Shown: one piece after another, positions 1 through 9,495 of the stretch
Layout: every line of letters begins with the position of its first letter
Numbering within the stretch: position 1 is the first letter of the stretch
The notes under the pieces: model-generated
What the model saw: only the letters and a program-made list of their open reading frames with translations
Told to the model about the DNA's origin: nothing
The model's database searches: none
Program-made: the position numbers and the translations under genes
NCBI GenBank assembly: GCA_001940895.1
Contig: MSGY01000006.1
Location: forward strand, 131,179 to 194,512
From: Christensenellaceae bacterium Phil10
GTDB taxonomy: Bacteria; Bacillota; Clostridia; Christensenellales; CAG-917
DNA length: 63,334 nucleotides
Direction of reading: 5' to 3'

Positions 1-336
1 TATAAACTGAAAAAACGCGCCTCGTTCAATTATATATACAGAAAGGGCGCCGTATTTTCAAACAAGGATTTCGTTTTGTATCTCGTAAAAACCAAAGGAA
101 CGCTTAAAATAGGGTTTTCCGTCTCCAAAAAGGTGGGCGGAAGCGTGCAGAGAAACAGAGTCAAAAGACAGATGCGGGAAAGCGTTCGTCTTATGATACC
201 CGAAATAGACGCGGGTTACAATTTGATATTCGTGGCGAGAAGCACGGTTTACGGCAAGAAAAGCAGCGAAATTGCCGATTCCATGAGGTCGCTCCTCAAA
301 AAGGCCGATATTCTGGGCCATTCCTTACAATCATGA
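1..336 (+). CDS. rnpA: Ribonuclease P protein component (5'-truncated by window edge)
   Basis: Frame open from base 1 (YKLKKRASFNYIYRKG...); RNR motif GFSVSKKVGGSVQRNRVKR; canonical position before yidD-yidC. Confidence 0.95.
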   Translation, partial: YKLKKRASFNYIYRKGAVFSNKDFVLYLVKTKGTLKIGFSVSKKVGGSVQRNRVKRQMRESVRLMIPEIDAGYNLIFVARSTVYGKKSSEIADSMRSLLKKADILGHSLQS

Positions 337-575
337 AAACGCTCGCCAATGTTTTAATCGGATTTTACAAACGGTTTATATCTATCAATCTGTCGCGGTC
401 CTGCATATATACCCCGACTTGTTCGATGTATACTCTGACCGCGATTCAGAAACACGGTTTTGTTAAAGGCGCGGTTATGGGCGCTTTAAGAATACTGAGG
501 TGCACGCCCTTTAACAAAGGCGGATACGACCCCGTATCGGAAAATTATAAAGGAAACGCAAAATGGCTAGTATAA
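333..575 (+). CDS. yidD: Membrane protein insertion efficiency factor
   Basis: CIYTPTCSMY...RILRCTPF...GGYDPV motifs; ATGA overlap with rnpA. Confidence 0.95.
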   Translation: MKTLANVLIGFYKRFISINLSRSCIYTPTCSMYTLTAIQKHGFVKGAVMGALRILRCTPFNKGGYDPVSENYKGNAKWLV

Positions 576-1693
576 TGGAAATGGGCCTTCTGGCAAACAA
601 ACTTGCCGAAGGCGTAATGTGGCTTATCGACGCGCTTAACAAAGGTATAGGAAACTACGGCGTGGCGGTAATATGCTTTACCCTTATTCTTAAAATTGCG
701 ATGTCGCCGTTCGACGTGTGGCAGAAGGTTGTAATGACCAAAAACAACCGCGCAATGGAAAGAATGAAACCGCAACTTGAAAAACTTCAGCAACAATACG
801 CCGGCAATAAGGAACTTTATTCGCAGAAGCAGATGGAGCTTTACCGCAAGGAAAAGTACAGCATGCTGGGAAGTTGTTTGCCGTCGATAATCTCGCTTGT
901 AATATTCTTTCTTATATTCGCGGGATTTAACGGAATGGTAAAACAGTACAATATCGATATGTACACCAATCTGTCGGATACTTACTATGCGGTTTACGAC
1001 GATACGAAGGCCGCCGAAGAAGCGAGACTCGAAACCGAGATTGCGGACGATAACGAAAGGAGTATCGTCGCTAAAAACGTCGCGACCGAAAAAGCGCAGG
1101 AAGCCGTGCTGAACGTATTCGACGAAAAATACAAAGGCGAAATCAAATTCCTTTGGATTAACAACGTTTTTATGCCCGACAGCTGGAAACAGCCCATCCC
1201 CGATTACGAAACCTTTATCGGCAACGGAATAGGTAAACTCGGAATAGACGGAGCGGTAATCAAGAACGGCGCGACGGGATACGACGAAGTTATGAGCCCC
1301 ATTATCGCAAAGTATAACGACGTAAAGCGCAACGGAAAGGAAGGCCGCAGATGGAACGGTTTCATGCTGCTTCCCATTATTACGGGTCTTATTACCTTTG
1401 CTTCGACGAAACTTATGAAACAGAATCAGCCTCCCGTTCCCGCTTCCGCAAACGGACAGAACGGACAGAACGGGCAGGACATGCAGGCGGCAATGCAGAC
1501 CAATATGAAAGTTATGCAATGGTTTATGCCCATTATGCTTTCGGTCTTCGCGCTGTTGTACAGCACGGCGTTTACCATATATATGGTAATCAGCAACATT
1601 TTCAGCACGGTTTTCCAGCTTATATACAACGCGTGCGTCAAGCATAACGACAAACGCCGCGAGGAAAAAAGGCTGGAAACAACGTTTAAATAA
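563..1693 (+). CDS. yidC: YidC/Oxa1 membrane protein insertase
   Basis: GNYGVAVICFTLILK, MKPQLEKLQQQY, GSCLP, FLWI motifs; synteny; long insert between TM2 and TM3. Confidence 0.92.
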   Translation: MASIMEMGLLANKLAEGVMWLIDALNKGIGNYGVAVICFTLILKIAMSPFDVWQKVVMTKNNRAMERMKPQLEKLQQQYAGNKELYSQKQMELYRKEKYSMLGSCLPSIISLVIFFLIFAGFNGMVKQYNIDMYTNLSDTYYAVYDDTKAAEEARLETEIADDNERSIVAKNVATEKAQEAVLNVFDEKYKGEIKFLWINNVFMPDSWKQPIPDYETFIGNGIGKLGIDGAVIKNGATGYDEVMSPIIAKYNDVKRNGKEGRRWNGFMLLPIITGLITFASTKLMKQNQPPVPASANGQNGQNGQDMQAAMQTNMKVMQWFMPIMLSVFALLYSTAFTIYMVISNIFSTVFQLIYNACVKHNDKRREEKRLETTFK

Positions 1694-1711
1694 TTAAAGG
1701 AGAATTTCCTT

Positions 1712-2515
1712 ATGGAAAAAATAGAGGTTAAAGCGTCGTCGGTCGAGAAGGCTATCGAGGAAGGCCTGAACGAACTCGGTATCGACAGAGAAGACGCCGA
1801 GATAGAAGTTATTCACGAGGGCGGACTGTTCAGCAAGGCGGTCGTAACGGTCGCCAGAAAAGAAGGCCCCGCCGACGTAGTGATTAACTTTCTCAACGGA
1901 CTTTTCGAAAGAATGAATTTAAGATGCTATGCCGATTGCACCGAAAGCGGAGAGGAACTTAACGTAAACATCTCGGGAAGCGACAGCGGCGTTATTATCG
2001 GTTATCGCGGCGAAGTTCTCGACGCGATTCAGTATCTTGCGCTCATTCTCGTAAATCAGAAAGGACACAATTTTATCCGCGTTACGATAAACGCCGAAAA
2101 TTACAGGGAAAAGAGAATCGAAACCCTTGAAGCCCTTGCGGGAAGACTTGCCTATAAGGCGTACAGAACGGGAAGGAAAATCGAACTCGAACCTATGAAC
2201 CCGTTCGAGCGCCGCATTATTCATACGGCTTTGCAGGACAGCAAGTTCGCAACGACCGAAAGCGAGGGCGAGGACAATAATCGTCACGTCGTAATTATCC
2301 CGAAAGAGGGCGGAGTCCGGGAAGGATACGACCGTCGGGACAGAAACAACGGAAGAAACGGAAGAAATTATAACGCATCGAGAGACAACCGGGACAGACG
2401 TGAAAGCGCGCCCGCGAAAAAGGAAGACAAACAGACGGAGGAAACGGAGTTCAATCTAAAAAAGAACGGTCCTCCGAAATTCAAATCTTTCGGTTATAAC
2501 AAAAAACATTTCTGA
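1712..2515 (+). CDS. jag: Jag/EloR/KhpB RNA-binding protein (Jag_N, KH, R3H)
   Basis: IIGYRGEVLDAIQYL (KH), PMNPFERRIIH (R3H); SD AAGGAG. Confidence 0.95.
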   Translation: MEKIEVKASSVEKAIEEGLNELGIDREDAEIEVIHEGGLFSKAVVTVARKEGPADVVINFLNGLFERMNLRCYADCTESGEELNVNISGSDSGVIIGYRGEVLDAIQYLALILVNQKGHNFIRVTINAENYREKRIETLEALAGRLAYKAYRTGRKIELEPMNPFERRIIHTALQDSKFATTESEGEDNNRHVVIIPKEGGVREGYDRRDRNNGRNGRNYNASRDNRDRRESAPAKKEDKQTEETEFNLKKNGPPKFKSFGYNKKHF

Positions 2516-2632
2516 TATCGAACGGCAGAATCCGAAAACGATTTTTCGGCCGTGAAAACCGCAATGCGATTGCGGATTTTCTCTTCCGAAAAAAAGAAAA
2601 GGTTACTGCCGTTTGCGTTTTGAAAGGAAAAA

Positions 2633-3952
2633 ATGGACACTATAGTTGCGTTGTCGACCCCGGCGGGACGGGGTGGAATATGTGTGGTGAGGCTCAGCGG
2701 AAAGCCGCTTGGCGTTGCCGAAAAGATTTTTCACTCTAAAGCGCTTGAAAACTCTTTCTTGCCCGCTCCGAACTATATGTATTTCGGCCGTATAAGCACG
2801 AGTGAATTTTCCGACCTCGGTTATATGGTATACTTTCGCGCGCCCAAAAGCTATACGGGCGAGGACGTTGTGGAGTTTCATCTGCACGGCGGCACGAGGA
2901 TTGCGGAAGGCGTCATAGGCGAATGCGTGCGCAACGGAGCGAGGCTGGCCGAACGAGGCGAATTTACGAGACGTGCGTTTTTAAACGGAAAAATGGAGTT
3001 GTCCGACGCAGAAGGCGTCATCGATATGATTAACGCCGACAGCGCCGGCGCGGTGCGTTCGGCATACAGGCTGATGACGGGCAAACTGAGTCTTGCCGTT
3101 CATGAGATTCAGAACAGACTTTCGGACGTACTTACGGGACTTTCGGCAGTGCTGGATTATCCGGAGGAACTTGAGGACGAAACCCTTCCCGAGGTTCACG
3201 CCGAACTTATCGCAATACGCGAGAAACTTAAAAAATTCGCGTCGAGCGGAACGTACGGAAAAATGATAAAAGAAGGTATGGACGTTGCGCTCGTCGGGGA
3301 TACGAACGTAGGCAAGTCCAGCCTTATGAACGCAATGCTGGGATACGACCGTGCGATAGTATCCGATATAAGAGGAACGACCCGCGATTTCGTAACCGAC
3401 AGTTTCGAGCTTAACGGTAAAAAGATAAATCTCGCGGATACGGCCGGAATAAGGCAAAGCGACGATGTGATAGAAAAAGAAGGCGTTAATCGCGCAATTT
3501 CGATAATTAAAGACGCTAAATTGATAATACGTGTATTCGACGCCACGGAAAAACCCGAAAAAAACGAAATGCTTGACGAAGCGCTTGCCGAAAAAAACGT
3601 TATTGAAATTTACAACAAATGCGACCTGAAAAAAGCGCCCGAAAACGCAATTGCCGTCAGCGCAAAGACGGGAGACGGAATGGACGTTCTGATGGAAAAA
3701 ATATCCGACTTTTTCGACAGAGATAAGACGGACGGCGAGGAAATTCTGACATCCGAAAGACAGTTGTCCGCCGTGCTTCGCGCAATCGAAAAAACAGACG
3801 AAGCCATATCTGCTCTCGAAGACGGTATCCCCGCGGATTGCGTTATATCGGTTCTGAACGAAGCGTGGTCGGCGCTCGGAGAAATCACGGGACAGACGGT
3901 AAGCGAAAAAATCATAGACGATATATTCGATAAATTTTGCGTCGGAAAATGA
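2633..3952 (+). CDS. mnmE: tRNA modification GTPase MnmE
   Basis: DTIVALSTP, SYTGEDVVEFHLHGG, GDTNVGKSS, DTAGIR, C-terminal FCVGK. Confidence 0.98.
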   Translation: MDTIVALSTPAGRGGICVVRLSGKPLGVAEKIFHSKALENSFLPAPNYMYFGRISTSEFSDLGYMVYFRAPKSYTGEDVVEFHLHGGTRIAEGVIGECVRNGARLAERGEFTRRAFLNGKMELSDAEGVIDMINADSAGAVRSAYRLMTGKLSLAVHEIQNRLSDVLTGLSAVLDYPEELEDETLPEVHAELIAIREKLKKFASSGTYGKMIKEGMDVALVGDTNVGKSSLMNAMLGYDRAIVSDIRGTTRDFVTDSFELNGKKINLADTAGIRQSDDVIEKEGVNRAISIIKDAKLIIRVFDATEKPEKNEMLDEALAEKNVIEIYNKCDLKKAPENAIAVSAKTGDGMDVLMEKISDFFDRDKTDGEEILTSERQLSAVLRAIEKTDEAISALEDGIPADCVISVLNEAWSALGEITGQTVSEKIIDDIFDKFCVGK

Positions 3953-5811
3953 AAAAATCATACGACATAATCGTAATAGGCGCGGGACACGCCGGAATCG
4001 AAGCGTCGCTCGCAGCGGCGAGAATGGGCAAAAACACCCTCCTGATAACTCTTGAAAAGGAGGGCGTTGCGCTTATGCCCTGCAATCCCGCGATAGGAGG
4101 CACGGCGAAAGGCCATCTCGTAAGAGAGGTTGACGCGCTGGGCGGGCAAATGGGAATTTCCGCCGACGACGCGCTTTTGCAGATAAAAATGCTGAACAGA
4201 GGAAAAGGCCCCGCCGTATTCAGCCTGCGCGGACAGGAAGATAAGGCCTTGTATCACGAGATTATGCTGGGCGTATTGGAAAATCAGGATAATCTTGAAG
4301 TCGTTTACGACGAGGTAACCGAAATAGCCGTGCGCGACGGCGAAGTTTACGGAATATCGGCGGCGGAAAGCGGATTTACGGAGGCAAAGGCCGTCGTTAT
4401 GGCAACGGGCGTTTATCTGAACGGAAAAATCATTGTGGGGGAGGAAAGCCGTGAAAGCGGACCGATAGGTTTCAGATGCGCAACGGGGCTTACGAGGAAT
4501 CTTCTGTCTCTCGGAATCGATATCCGACGCTTCAAAACGGGAACGCCCGCGCGAATTGCCCGCGACAGCATAGATTACGACAAAATGCAGTTGCAGGAAG
4601 GAGAGGACGACATAGGAAAGTTTTCGTTTATGCACGAAGGCAATCTGTACAATCAGCTTCCGTGCTGGCTTACTTATACAAACGAGCGCACGCACGAAGT
4701 GATAAGAAAAAATATAGGAAGAAGTCCTTTGTATAACGGAACGATAAAGGGCGTAGGGCCGAGATATTGTCCGTCAATCGAGGACAAGGTGATGAGATTT
4801 CCCGATAAAACGCGGCATCAGATATTCGTCGAACCCGAGGGCAGAGACAGCGACCTTATGTACATACAGGGAATGTCGTCAAGTCTTCCCAAGGACGTGC
4901 AGGAGGAAATGTATCACACTGTCGCGGGGCTTGAAAACGCACGCTTTATAAGGTATGCGTACGCGATAGAATACGATTGCATAAATCCGTTCGAACTGTC
5001 GTCGTCGCTTGCCGTGAAACGTGTGAAAGGTCTGTTTTCGGCAGGGCAGATTAACGGAAGCAGCGGCTATGAAGAAGCGGCGGCGCAGGGTTTGATTGCC
5101 GGAATAAACGCGGTAAAATACGTCGACGGCGAGCACCCGTTCGTTCTCAGCAGGGACGAGGCGTATATCGGGGTGCTTATCGACGACCTCGTTACGAAAG
5201 GCACGAACGAGCCGTACCGTATGATGACGGCGCGCGCCGAATATCGCTTGAGATTGAGACAGGACAACGCCGACCTGAGACTTACGGAAAAAGCATATAA
5301 CGCGGGACTTGCCACAAAAGAAAGATACGGACGCACGCTTAAAAGAAAGGCGGAAATAGACGAGATTATCGCCGCCGCCTCGAAAACGCGCGTCAGAAAA
5401 GAAAACGGCGGTATTTTCGGAAGATTCGAAGACGTGTACGTTGAAAAAACCATTTCGGTAAAAGAAGCGTTGAAACATCCGGGAATAACTTTCGAGGTGC
5501 TGAAAGAAGCGACCGACGCTTTCGACGGATATTCGCCGTCCGCTTTGTTTTCGGCCGAGGTTATGATAAAATACGAGGGTTATATCGAAAAAGAGGACGC
5601 CGCCATACGCGACGCCAAAAGGCTTGAAGAAAAAGTTCTTCCGGCCGATATCGACTATAACGAACTTACGGGGCTCAGACTGGAAGCAAGACAAAAACTG
5701 AGCGCAATCCGCCCCGCAACACTCGGACAGGCGTCCAGAATATCGGGCGTAAGTCCCGCCGACATAACGGTGCTTTTAATTTATCTGAAAACCGTAAAAC
5801 GAACAATTTGA
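3949..5811 (+). CDS. mnmG: tRNA uridine-5-carboxymethylaminomethyl enzyme MnmG (GidA)
   Basis: GAGHAGIEA, CNPAIGG, GPRYCPSIEDK, GYEEAAAQG; ATG at 3949 overlaps mnmE stop (ATGA). Confidence 0.98.
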   Translation: MKKSYDIIVIGAGHAGIEASLAAARMGKNTLLITLEKEGVALMPCNPAIGGTAKGHLVREVDALGGQMGISADDALLQIKMLNRGKGPAVFSLRGQEDKALYHEIMLGVLENQDNLEVVYDEVTEIAVRDGEVYGISAAESGFTEAKAVVMATGVYLNGKIIVGEESRESGPIGFRCATGLTRNLLSLGIDIRRFKTGTPARIARDSIDYDKMQLQEGEDDIGKFSFMHEGNLYNQLPCWLTYTNERTHEVIRKNIGRSPLYNGTIKGVGPRYCPSIEDKVMRFPDKTRHQIFVEPEGRDSDLMYIQGMSSSLPKDVQEEMYHTVAGLENARFIRYAYAIEYDCINPFELSSSLAVKRVKGLFSAGQINGSSGYEEAAAQGLIAGINAVKYVDGEHPFVLSRDEAYIGVLIDDLVTKGTNEPYRMMTARAEYRLRLRQDNADLRLTEKAYNAGLATKERYGRTLKRKAEIDEIIAAASKTRVRKENGGIFGRFEDVYVEKTISVKEALKHPGITFEVLKEATDAFDGYSPSALFSAEVMIKYEGYIEKEDAAIRDAKRLEEKVLPADIDYNELTGLRLEARQKLSAIRPATLGQASRISGVSPADITVLLIYLKTVKRTI

Positions 5812-5829
5812 ACCAAACGATAACAACGC

Positions 5830-5866
5830 AAAAAAAATCCCCGCAACTCTGCGGGGATTATTATTT
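5830..5866. terminator. Bidirectional intrinsic terminator between mnmG and the CvpA-family gene
   Basis: AATCCCCGCA-actc-TGCGGGGATT hairpin with A/T-rich flanks between convergent genes. Confidence 0.8.
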
Positions 5867-5872
5867 GTTCGT

Positions 5873-6613
5873 TCAGATTAAATTGAAGGGATTGTTTTCG
5901 TAAAACCATTTTGCGATATTGCCCGCGTTGATGTTATCGGTTACCGCAACGGCCGTATCGCCGAGTTTGGAAATTACGAACATCACGACGAAAATTATAA
6001 GCACGGTGATGGCCGTCGAGAAAATGAGACCGAAAACTCTGTCGACGGGATGCACGGGTTTTTGCTTTTCGGCAAGTCTTGAAAGAAGGGACGATAAAAC
6101 AGAAAACACGATTTCAAGAACGATGAGGCTTGCGATTGCGATAATGAAACCGGTGATGATTTCTACAATCAACGTGGCCGCAAAAGAGGAAAGAGCAACG
6201 CTGCCCGTAAGTTTTCCGCTGAACAACTTAACGCAAACGGTCTGAATGAAAGCGGCGATTTTTGCCTTCGAACTTCCTGCAAATATATCGGTTACTCCCG
6301 TCCAGTTGCCGCCCGTGAAGAGAAGAAGTTTATCTCCTTCGACTTTTGCGTTGCACGAACTTACCGAGAACTTGCTTTCGAAAAACGCGCAGATTTTATT
6401 GTTGAGTTCCGAAAAAGCGGGAATCGCCGCAAGTTTATCGGCAAGAAATATACCAAGACAAACCGACGCTATTAAGGCGATTATCGTACCGAGCGCGCCG
6501 TTAAGCATTTTTGCAAATCCCGAAAAGACGCCGGACAGAACTCCCAGAACGAGTATCACGAGCACAACGATATCCGAAACGTTTACGCCGGCCGCGCACA
6601 ATGCGTTTGACAT
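5873..6613 (-). CDS. CvpA-family membrane protein
   Basis: DIVVLVILVLGVLSGVFSGF N-terminus, VDRVFGLIF, WFYENNPF; SD GAGGA. Confidence 0.7.
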   Translation of the reverse strand: MSNALCAAGVNVSDIVVLVILVLGVLSGVFSGFAKMLNGALGTIIALIASVCLGIFLADKLAAIPAFSELNNKICAFFESKFSVSSCNAKVEGDKLLLFTGGNWTGVTDIFAGSSKAKIAAFIQTVCVKLFSGKLTGSVALSSFAATLIVEIITGFIIAIASLIVLEIVFSVLSSLLSRLAEKQKPVHPVDRVFGLIFSTAITVLIIFVVMFVISKLGDTAVAVTDNINAGNIAKWFYENNPFNLI

Positions 6614-6736
6614 TTTTGAAATCCTCTTAAAATATGGTTAGAAATATTATAGCATATTTAGCCGATAAATCAACACGATTTATAAAAAAAGATATAAATA
6701 TCCGAAAAATGGAGATAATCAACGGGTGGAGGTTTT

Positions 6737-7189
6737 ATGAAAAACGGAACGCCGGTCGTATTATGTATAGGAAGCGACAAAATCCCGGGAGACAGTATCG
6801 GCCCTACGGTGGGGGATATTCTGAAATGCAGATTGAACGCAAAATGCTTCGTTTACGGGTGCACCGGAAAATCCGTTAACGGAAAGAATCTCGATTCGTT
6901 CGTAAAAACGGTGAGACACGCCCATCCCGACAGCCCCATTATTGCAGTGGACGCCTGTCTGTCGAACGCGCACGAAAGCGGTCACGTCGAAATAACCGCC
7001 GCGGGAGTTAACCCGAAAAGAGCGCTTACGAAAAGAATAAATCCCGTCGGAGACGTGGGAATATTGGGAATTATAGACAGACCTTCGGACGACCCGTTGT
7101 CCACGTTAATGACCGTACCGTGGGATAACGTTGAAAAAATCAGCAATAAAATCGCGATTGTGATATACAAGACTCTTTTTTGCGATTAA
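6737..7189 (+). CDS. yyaC: Spore protease YyaC family (DUF1256)
   Basis: VLCIGSDKIPGDSIGP, IIAVDACL, PVGDVGI motifs; SD GGAGG. Confidence 0.85.
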   Translation: MKNGTPVVLCIGSDKIPGDSIGPTVGDILKCRLNAKCFVYGCTGKSVNGKNLDSFVKTVRHAHPDSPIIAVDACLSNAHESGHVEITAAGVNPKRALTKRINPVGDVGILGIIDRPSDDPLSTLMTVPWDNVEKISNKIAIVIYKTLFCD

Positions 7190-7220
7190 AAGTCAATCTT
7201 TCGGCCTAATCGTTTTTTAA

Positions 7221-7248
7221 TTGATTTTTAGGAAACTTATGTTATAAT
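7221..7248 (+). promoter_or_regulatory. Sigma-A promoter of ftsH
   Basis: TTGATT-N16-TATAAT with extended TG. Confidence 0.6.
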
Positions 7249-7316
7249 AGTACTAACTTCGTGATAAAGTAAATATACAACTATTACTTTATCGCGTAAG
7301 CGGAGGCTATTACACA

Positions 7317-9434
7317 GTGAAAAAAAGAACCAGGACATTTATTATACTTCTGATTGTCGTGCTTGCCGTGGTGCTTATAGCAACCCTTCTTTCCGACAAC
7401 GGCTCCAACGAAATCACTTATAGCGAACTTATCGAAAAAATAAACGCCGGAGAGGTTTCGGATATTCAGATAAGCGGCGACTATCTTGTGAAAATCAGAT
7501 TCAAAAACAGCGGTATAGCAGAAAAGTATTTTCCCAATAAATACGACGCGTTCTGTTATATTCCCGACAGAAACGCGCAGCAGATTTACGACGCCATAAG
7601 CAGTAACGAGGAATCTCCCGGCGGAATAGGCTGGACCGCGCCGCGTATTTCTTACGATAATCCCGCAAGGCGTTCGATGTTGTTCAGCCTTGCCTTGCCT
7701 TTCATTTCCATTTTGCTTCTCGGTATCGTGATGTATATCATATATCGTCAGTCCCAGGGGCAGAATCAGCAGGCGATGAATTTCGGCAAAACCAAAGCCC
7801 GCGTTACTCAGACCGTCAAGGTGCGTTTTTCGGACGTTGCGGGCGCCGAAGAGGAAAAAGAGGAATTACAGGAAATCGTGGAGTTTCTGAAAAACCCCAA
7901 AAAATTCCTCGATATAGGAGCGCGCATACCGAAGGGCGTTCTGCTCGTAGGTCCTCCGGGCACGGGCAAGACGTTGTTTGCAAAGGCCGTTGCCGGCGAA
8001 GCGAACGTGCCGTTTTTCAGTATCAGCGGCAGTGATTTCGTCGAAATGTTCGTAGGCGTAGGCGCGTCGCGCGTCAGGGACCTTTTCGACCAGGCGAAAC
8101 ACAACATGCCCTGCATCGTATTTATAGACGAAATCGACGCGGTAGGACGTCAGAGAGGCACGGGACTCGGCGGCGGACACGACGAAAGGGAACAGACTCT
8201 CAATCAGTTGCTCGTTCAGATGGACGGTTTTGAGAAAAACGACGGTATAATCGTAATGGCGGCCACCAACCGCGCCGATATTCTCGACCCCGCTCTTCTT
8301 CGTCCCGGTCGTTTCGACAGACAGATATACGTACAGGTACCCGACGTCCGCGGAAGAGAGGAGATTTTCAAGGTTCACGCCAGAAACAAACCCCTTGCGT
8401 CGGACGTTGACTTCAAGACTCTTGCAAGACTTACATCGGGCTTTACCGGCGCGGATATAGAAAATCTTCTTAACGAAGCGGCGATACTGACCGCGCGCGA
8501 CAACAGAAAAGTCATTACGATGGGAGATATCAACGAGGGTATCAATAAGGTTATCGCAGGTCCTCAGAAGAAGAGCCGTGTAGTCAGCGAAAGAGATAAA
8601 CGCATTACCGCGTATCACGAAAGCGGCCATGCGATAGTCGCAAAACTTCTTCCCAACTGCGACGAGGTAAACGAGGTTTCGATTATTCCTCGCGGAATGG
8701 CGGCCGGTTACACGATTACCCGCCCCGAAAACGACGATAACCACGTAACGCGCGGTAAACTTATGGACGAAATCGCGATGATGCTTGCCGGACGCGTTGC
8801 CGAGGAAATCGTAATAAAGGATATTACTACGGGCGCGAGCAACGATATTCAGCGCGCGAGTTCAATCGCAAGAAAAATGGTTACCGAATGGGGTATGAGT
8901 CCTCTCGGCACCATTTATCTCGGCAATCCCGAACACGAGGTGTTCCTGGGACGCGATTTCAATCAGCAGGGGATGTCGCCCGAAACGGCGGCAAAGGTGG
9001 ACGCCGAAATGAAGAGCATTCTTGACGAATGCTACGAAACGGCAAGAAAAATCATATCCGACCACCGCGAACTTCTCGACAATATGGTAAAAGTGCTGTT
9101 TGCGAAGGAAACCATTTTCCAGCACGAAGTGGATATGTTGCTCGAAGGGAAATCGCCCGAGGAAATAATCCGTCTCAGCAACGAGGAAGAAAAGAAAAAA
9201 TCCGCTTCGAAAGAAAGTGCCGGACCCGTTCCCGCGGCAACCGCAAAAGGCGACGCACAGGCCTCGATAGAGCAGATTAAAAACATTCACGAACAGCTGA
9301 AAGAGAAAATCGAACAAATCGAGAAAAAGACGCCGTCGGAAAACGCCGTCGATAAAAAAACCGACGCGTCCGCAGACGAGTCGCAGGAAAGCAAGGACGA
9401 AGCGCATTCCGCCGAAGACGACAAAAAAGAATAA
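7317..9434 (+). CDS. ftsH: ATP-dependent zinc metalloprotease FtsH
   Basis: Two TM segments, [28 protein letters not shown]; GTG start after GGAGG. Confidence 0.98.
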   Translation: MKKRTRTFIILLIVVLAVVLIATLLSDNGSNEITYSELIEKINAGEVSDIQISGDYLVKIRFKNSGIAEKYFPNKYDAFCYIPDRNAQQIYDAISSNEESPGGIGWTAPRISYDNPARRSMLFSLALPFISILLLGIVMYIIYRQSQGQNQQAMNFGKTKARVTQTVKVRFSDVAGAEEEKEELQEIVEFLKNPKKFLDIGARIPKGVLLVGPPGTGKTLFAKAVAGEANVPFFSISGSDFVEMFVGVGASRVRDLFDQAKHNMPCIVFIDEIDAVGRQRGTGLGGGHDEREQTLNQLLVQMDGFEKNDGIIVMAATNRADILDPALLRPGRFDRQIYVQVPDVRGREEIFKVHARNKPLASDVDFKTLARLTSGFTGADIENLLNEAAILTARDNRKVITMGDINEGINKVIAGPQKKSRVVSERDKRITAYHESGHAIVAKLLPNCDEVNEVSIIPRGMAAGYTITRPENDDNHVTRGKLMDEIAMMLAGRVAEEIVIKDITTGASNDIQRASSIARKMVTEWGMSPLGTIYLGNPEHEVFLGRDFNQQGMSPETAAKVDAEMKSILDECYETARKIISDHRELLDNMVKVLFAKETIFQHEVDMLLEGKSPEEIIRLSNEEEKKKSASKESAGPVPAATAKGDAQASIEQIKNIHEQLKEKIEQIEKKTPSENAVDKKTDASADESQESKDEAHSAEDDKKE

Positions 9435-9447
9435 CTTAACGTTAACG

Positions 9448-9479
9448 AAAAATCCGCCCTTTTACGGGCGGATTTTTTT
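9448..9479. terminator. Bidirectional intrinsic terminator
   Basis: AAAAATCCGCCC-ttttac-GGGCGGATTTTT. Confidence 0.85.
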
Positions 9480-9495
9480 ATTGCTGTTTTACAGA

